From an uncultured virus (IMG/VR IMGVR_UViG_3300037585_002406) (lineage: Duplodnaviria > Heunggongvirae > Uroviricota > Caudoviricetes > Crassvirales): a stretch of 20,000 nucleotides of DNA. The stretch lies in the IMG/VR virus record IMGVR_UViG_3300037585_002406; one strand, 5' to 3'. The notes under the pieces were generated by a model. That model had not been told where the DNA came from, ran no database searches, and was given only the letters and a program-made list of their open reading frames with translations. The position numbers were made by a program, and so were the translations under genes. Shown one piece after another: positions 17,801 through 20,000 of this stretch; position 1 is the stretch's first letter; each line of letters begins with the position of its first letter.

Positions 17801-20000
17801 GCAGAGGAGCGTAATAAAAAGATAGAGAAGACTAGGCCTGAAATGAAGAGCGGTTCTGGTATTACAACAGATGAAGCTGCCGAAATAATTGAAGAGTTGG
17901 AAAACCGTCAGATGGTAGCTATTTCTGAACTTATTTATGAGGTTATAGGTAATACGCGTAAGACGTTGGCTGAGTCTGGACTTGAAACTTCCGAGAGAGT
18001 AGAGGCTTGGGAGAACATGTACGAAAACTATGTACCTCTTAGTGGCTTGGCTGTAGATGAAGTGCAGGATGATCATAATTCATACCCCACAGGCGGTGCT
18101 GGTATGGCGATCTACGGTAAAACTACAAAGGCAGCAAAGGGTAGAGCAAGCAAGACAGGTATAAATCTTATAGCAAATGTTATAATGCAGAACGCTATGG
18201 TTAACCAGAGGGCTCGTAAGAACCAGGCTATGATGTCTCTATACAATCAGGTTAAAAGCAATCCAAATGAAGAGGTTTGGAATATATTCTCTGTAAAAAC
18301 CCCTATGAAGAAGACTGATGAGAAGGGTAATATAGTGGACATGAATGCATTTGAAATGAAGGCAGACAGGCGTATGGTTCCTATTAGGGTTAACGGAGAA
18401 CAACACTTTATCTTCTTTAAGAAGTCAGATTATGCCGATGCTTTAAACGGAATGACAGAGGAAAAATTAAACACTATTTTAAGAACTTTGTCAGGACCTA
18501 TGACGCTTATGCGTAACGCATTTACACAATACAACCCATCGTTCTTCGTAGGCAACTTCTTCAGAGATATACACGGAGCAGCATTCAACGCCTTAGCAGA
18601 AATAGAAAGAGAAGGCGGTATACTTCAGGGTTACGATATAAACAGTAAAGACTTTACAAAGTCTATGATTAAAAACTCATTTGTGGTTCTTGGTCACTTA
18701 CTTAAAGACAGCGCCTTTAGTAGAGAGATGAGCCCGCAGATGAGCGAATACGTTGCTGAATGGGAGGCTGCAGGAGGTAGAACAGGGTTTTCATACTCTG
18801 AAAGTATTAACAATGTTATAGACAACCTAAAATCTCAAGCAGAAACTCCAGGTAAAATGAAAGCGGCCAGACAGTACGCTTTTTCAAAACCAGGACAATT
18901 CTTCCAGTATGTAGCTGGTGTAAATGAGGCTTTTGAGAATAGTATAAGATTGGCAGCGTATATAGAAGCCAGAAAGGCAGGAGTAACTAAAAATAGAGCT
19001 GCACAGCTATCAAAGAACATAACTATAAACTTCAACAAATCTGGAGAATTAGGACCGTCTCTTAATCAGGTGTTCTTATTCTTTAACGCTGCCGTACAGG
19101 GTGTTACTAGATTTGGCAGAACATTCCAGTCATTAAAAGCAGAATTACCAAATAGTCCAAGCGAAACTACCAGTTGGAAAAATAGAGTTTCAAGCGCACA
19201 GAAGCTAGGAGCTGGCATGGTATTACTTTCAGGACTTCAGACGTTACTGAATATGGCTTTATCTGGTAGAGATGAAGAAGACGGAGAATTGTTCTACAAT
19301 AAAATAAAAGAGTATGAAAAAGAAAGAGGGTTTATCATAATATATGGATCAGGTCGTAATGACTACATATCTATACCTCTAGGATACGGATATAACATGT
19401 TTAATGTTGTGGGGTCGATGCTTGCAGAAGTTTCTGCAGGTGCTAGAGAATTTGATGATGCACTTATGAATATGGCTCTTGCTTCACACAGTGCATTCTC
19501 TCCTATTGCTATGGGTAACTCATCAACTATAGGGGGCGCAGCTGTAAAGTCTATAACACCTACTGTTCTAAAGGCTCCTCTTGATGCGTTTGGTTTTAAC
19601 GAAACATACCATGGGGGTAAGGTTTATCAAGAGCAATATCCGTTTGGTGCAGAGACTCCAGCTTCTACTCTTTCTTTCAGATCTCCAGATTTAGTGCAGG
19701 AGTTATTTGTAGGGTTACATGAAATGACTGGAGGTACAGAAAATATTGACGGAACTATTGAAATTAACCCAGACCCTTATTACTACATACTTCAGTCGTA
19801 CTGGGGAGGTGCTGGTGATTTTGTTATGGATATAGCAAGTCTTACTAGAAGCGGTTACGCTACAGCTAAGAGAAAATACGATATACTTTCTAAAGCTAGA
19901 ACAGATGAAGATTTTGTAGATGCTTTATTTAAGACACCTCAAGAAGACAGACCAATTATAAAGTTTAATGATGTACCTGTTATTAAAACAATATACGGTA
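11744..20000 (+). CDS. Giant polyvalent internal virion/ejection protein (>2750 aa, 3'-partial) with a zincin-like metallopeptidase motif and an LPD38-like C-terminal region
   Basis: Frame opens after TGA 11690-11692; first ATG 11744 (MQEGGEVDPP...). No stop in the stretches I translated, and the track lists no closed + ORF here, consistent with run-off at the window end. HEYGH at 14984-14998. C-terminal motifs LQDRF, YLYAKHAEERN (17783), YVPL (18029), TQYNPSFFVGNFFRD (18524), FENSIRLAAY, ITINFNKSG, FLFFNAAVQG, IPLGYG (19373) are as I recall from LPD38-bearing phage proteins. Confidence 0.8.
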   Translation, partial: MQEGGEVDPPLLDSQSAGTSSGFTLLPQTPNLESDIPEQTDPEGFEFETTKYLWENLDPSFGYDNYITDRYSSDNDILNEVPPLLPTAEGLDEWMTENAPEEIAPPDQLSEVEQMSPFLVNIYNSNVEAYKNNLNARNEAVNNFNESVVNPYNDWVEDYDSARQRVMRQDLQGRKALEDIRRKSTPESYNEMINNPTFGVLDLGLLKLREKSGVSFKNPDGILMTRGDVLLSDLYEGSADELIAILDEEAASFREQGLTEIDGQIEQQREEVENKKPKGGKPYFGAQAKLKALEKQKEEYLADESRGRDIAARKYFENHVLENLAMSEDEWINETLVSKGVAPGSGVSTEELGFGTYKEYIQNLEAKIYGDLLYNKEAYDFSEDLGMDGFKLILDDDVAVGDRNSRWTDAALSWRQGVVQLEGMIDATNTAFQEVEELSLVDQQALLDSDASWWNRLASSAYAIASPSSPSLKAIDQAVGAVRYFTGEESEETESLRNALAERDEERNQKMSELQQQSTQYAVNAKQLDLFGSDAILNENIQVENLSAMYNQAKRDVVFNEEIQPAIASSPTSLAVMSVAVATAPFTGGNSFVAAGASGLTMGTLVMNRTYYDSFTNPIYYEKNDDGSTNWDAPKISEVERHGMSFLHGTAEGLGEGVGTYVTFGIGKFALTPGRFSPYSMFKGAPSLTGATQYSAGRKALDYGFGMATSMGIGAGEEFIAEGVTGVSQMAIDSYFSGEKYTRAQYAERFMKDGKIGAWAGLGMGGGAYTIGSGKALYEKYYAPEVFNSRVVDAYDNQLTSSGFFFDGVSKVKLKNLTKQLDIIRRGNAAGTNLKDLTTEQKEAIDKATELSEELNTAQVRDQTLLKALRENGRGDLVAELVAMDNRLLFLKSMLAEYSQNEDGQWMDADGNLTDDPTKMELYQMSLELTDTKKKEMGAEMTSILLEVEKIRDAAENNAVHSPDYTPKDRAKGVGNWRDNADPNQYNEVSFNEETSEVVGDVPNEFSDIINRYAEAAKGTAKIIVHKTEKSFRLVSGSDSSDLAQYREANPEERKNKYVDEIHVYAGEKQTKQGLEKNLIHEYGHVALRDIVADTEARERLVSEILKIDNAKVQSMVEDVRQTYLDYEKDALETEVIVNFMDQVATLELSQSDITQGFEGWGLDIMRQAGKLGLTSNEAVLRDKDSVVKLASKFTNFVRQNGGITGIRTPKQAEALRTQRQAETAIEQADSSDAAGMAAREFNYLKNTKIYYKEVTSREGRDGITRVTSVREKTADLSDYNHFRNLYAKMTGNGAAPSRMEDIYFVKDGRRFDVKPPRPKTDRRGNILQMEVPRRMTYNERKLARAQETQEYTDMLAQERADLMTEVGDLWKNNDKNISSYTNLSDFSPTVRGMFDVGPRSRTIEQINSDIEDQVISKQNIQALIDSEITEDDLKALAGRFTKIGRKSNPSIFNMSGLRKEETHEQKADRLTNDMEGKGSLWQLLPKDSPSYQKRIPDLRLATPAELQYASDRFDRIEDEPLDGDLLDIDASEPTGLAARSINYDKRKAIFKGVTAENFNDFVNGKIKSGRIQSFEDLKNLMREANMLDSTGKLQMTIHNVDRTMVGPGSLPVHGDVFNFHLSGGPLGNSVGAMQGANVGHNTTTRQSSINITTYADVAKKTNKTYLLGLRLLTEKNSLGNPQVFKLAVNYTLEYLKNEKTPESTQDYLVESLNRFFNNKSYVAGSRSTKKGSEQKVSLLGKKFQPFGGVDGVTMQTGSMHINSRQGLFNFLEEISNASINEITSNVSFEDRTALSTRLFRTKVGLGAQPGFVNQEQFLDAVNQSEYKGVEAGSVVNATLMDVNNTNLHGIKGVSGHLQGVGADALAESTSYDFGVTGHTTTFHFEKPLSNEATNKMAARQQTSGEYLASRRLPGRVYAEGNSTWEKSTPTAYGAQMQRLAIKLQDRFSDVLLLQQDVEEFRGSKVPESQDFEMAMDLMYGKVRTDLEALEGRLELINFAMEEAGLTAEDVSDYLYAKHAEERNKKIEKTRPEMKSGSGITTDEAAEIIEELENRQMVAISELIYEVIGNTRKTLAESGLETSERVEAWENMYENYVPLSGLAVDEVQDDHNSYPTGGAGMAIYGKTTKAAKGRASKTGINLIANVIMQNAMVNQRARKNQAMMSLYNQVKSNPNEEVWNIFSVKTPMKKTDEKGNIVDMNAFEMKADRRMVPIRVNGEQHFIFFKKSDYADALNGMTEEKLNTILRTLSGPMTLMRNAFTQYNPSFFVGNFFRDIHGAAFNALAEIEREGGILQGYDINSKDFTKSMIKNSFVVLGHLLKDSAFSREMSPQMSEYVAEWEAAGGRTGFSYSESINNVIDNLKSQAETPGKMKAARQYAFSKPGQFFQYVAGVNEAFENSIRLAAYIEARKAGVTKNRAAQLSKNITINFNKSGELGPSLNQVFLFFNAAVQGVTRFGRTFQSLKAELPNSPSETTSWKNRVSSAQKLGAGMVLLSGLQTLLNMALSGRDEEDGELFYNKIKEYEKERGFIIIYGSGRNDYISIPLGYGYNMFNVVGSMLAEVSAGAREFDDALMNMALASHSAFSPIAMGNSSTIGGAAVKSITPTVLKAPLDAFGFNETYHGGKVYQEQYPFGAETPASTLSFRSPDLVQELFVGLHEMTGGTENIDGTIEINPDPYYYILQSYWGGAGDFVMDIASLTRSGYATAKRKYDILSKARTDEDFVDALFKTPQEDRPIIKFNDVPVIKTIYG

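Noticed and set aside
110..19038. Numerous short minus-strand and nested ORFs (e.g. 6740-7249, 9591-9983, 15263-15589)
   Set aside because: They overlap long + strand genes almost entirely, have shadow-frame composition and show no recognisable motifs.
1..20000. Stop-codon reassignment as in some crAss-like phages
   Set aside because: Very long ORFs are intact under the standard code, so no recoding is needed.
1..20000. CRISPR arrays, tRNA/rRNA genes, IS elements
   Set aside because: The window is almost entirely protein-coding with gaps of 28 nt or less; no such patterns seen.

Overview
Late structural and virion-cargo region of a tailed dsDNA phage, most likely a podovirus-type phage of Bacteroidota/Flavobacteria (related to crAss-like phages in its tail gene; family not assignable from this window). 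All credible genes are on the + strand, tightly packed and in the standard code. Order: (1) a 5'-truncated >2180-aa tail stabilisation/muzzle-like protein; (2) a 410-aa modular accessory protein; (3) a 351-aa protein resembling the detached C-terminal part of the stabilisation protein; (4-5) two helical candidate ejection proteins; (6) a >2750-aa polyvalent protein missing from the ORF track because it has no stop in the window, with Gly/Ala hydrophobic segments, an HExxH zincin motif and an LPD38-like C-terminus. Most notable: a T10 tract that puts the apparent start of the giant gene (ATG 11644) one base out of frame, an apparently split tail gene with a ~2.5-kb modular cassette at the break, a repeated G[ML]AARx[FI]NY linker in the giant protein, and a duplicated TAnnTTTG promoter-like motif. 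Family assignments come from recalled motifs, not database searches.
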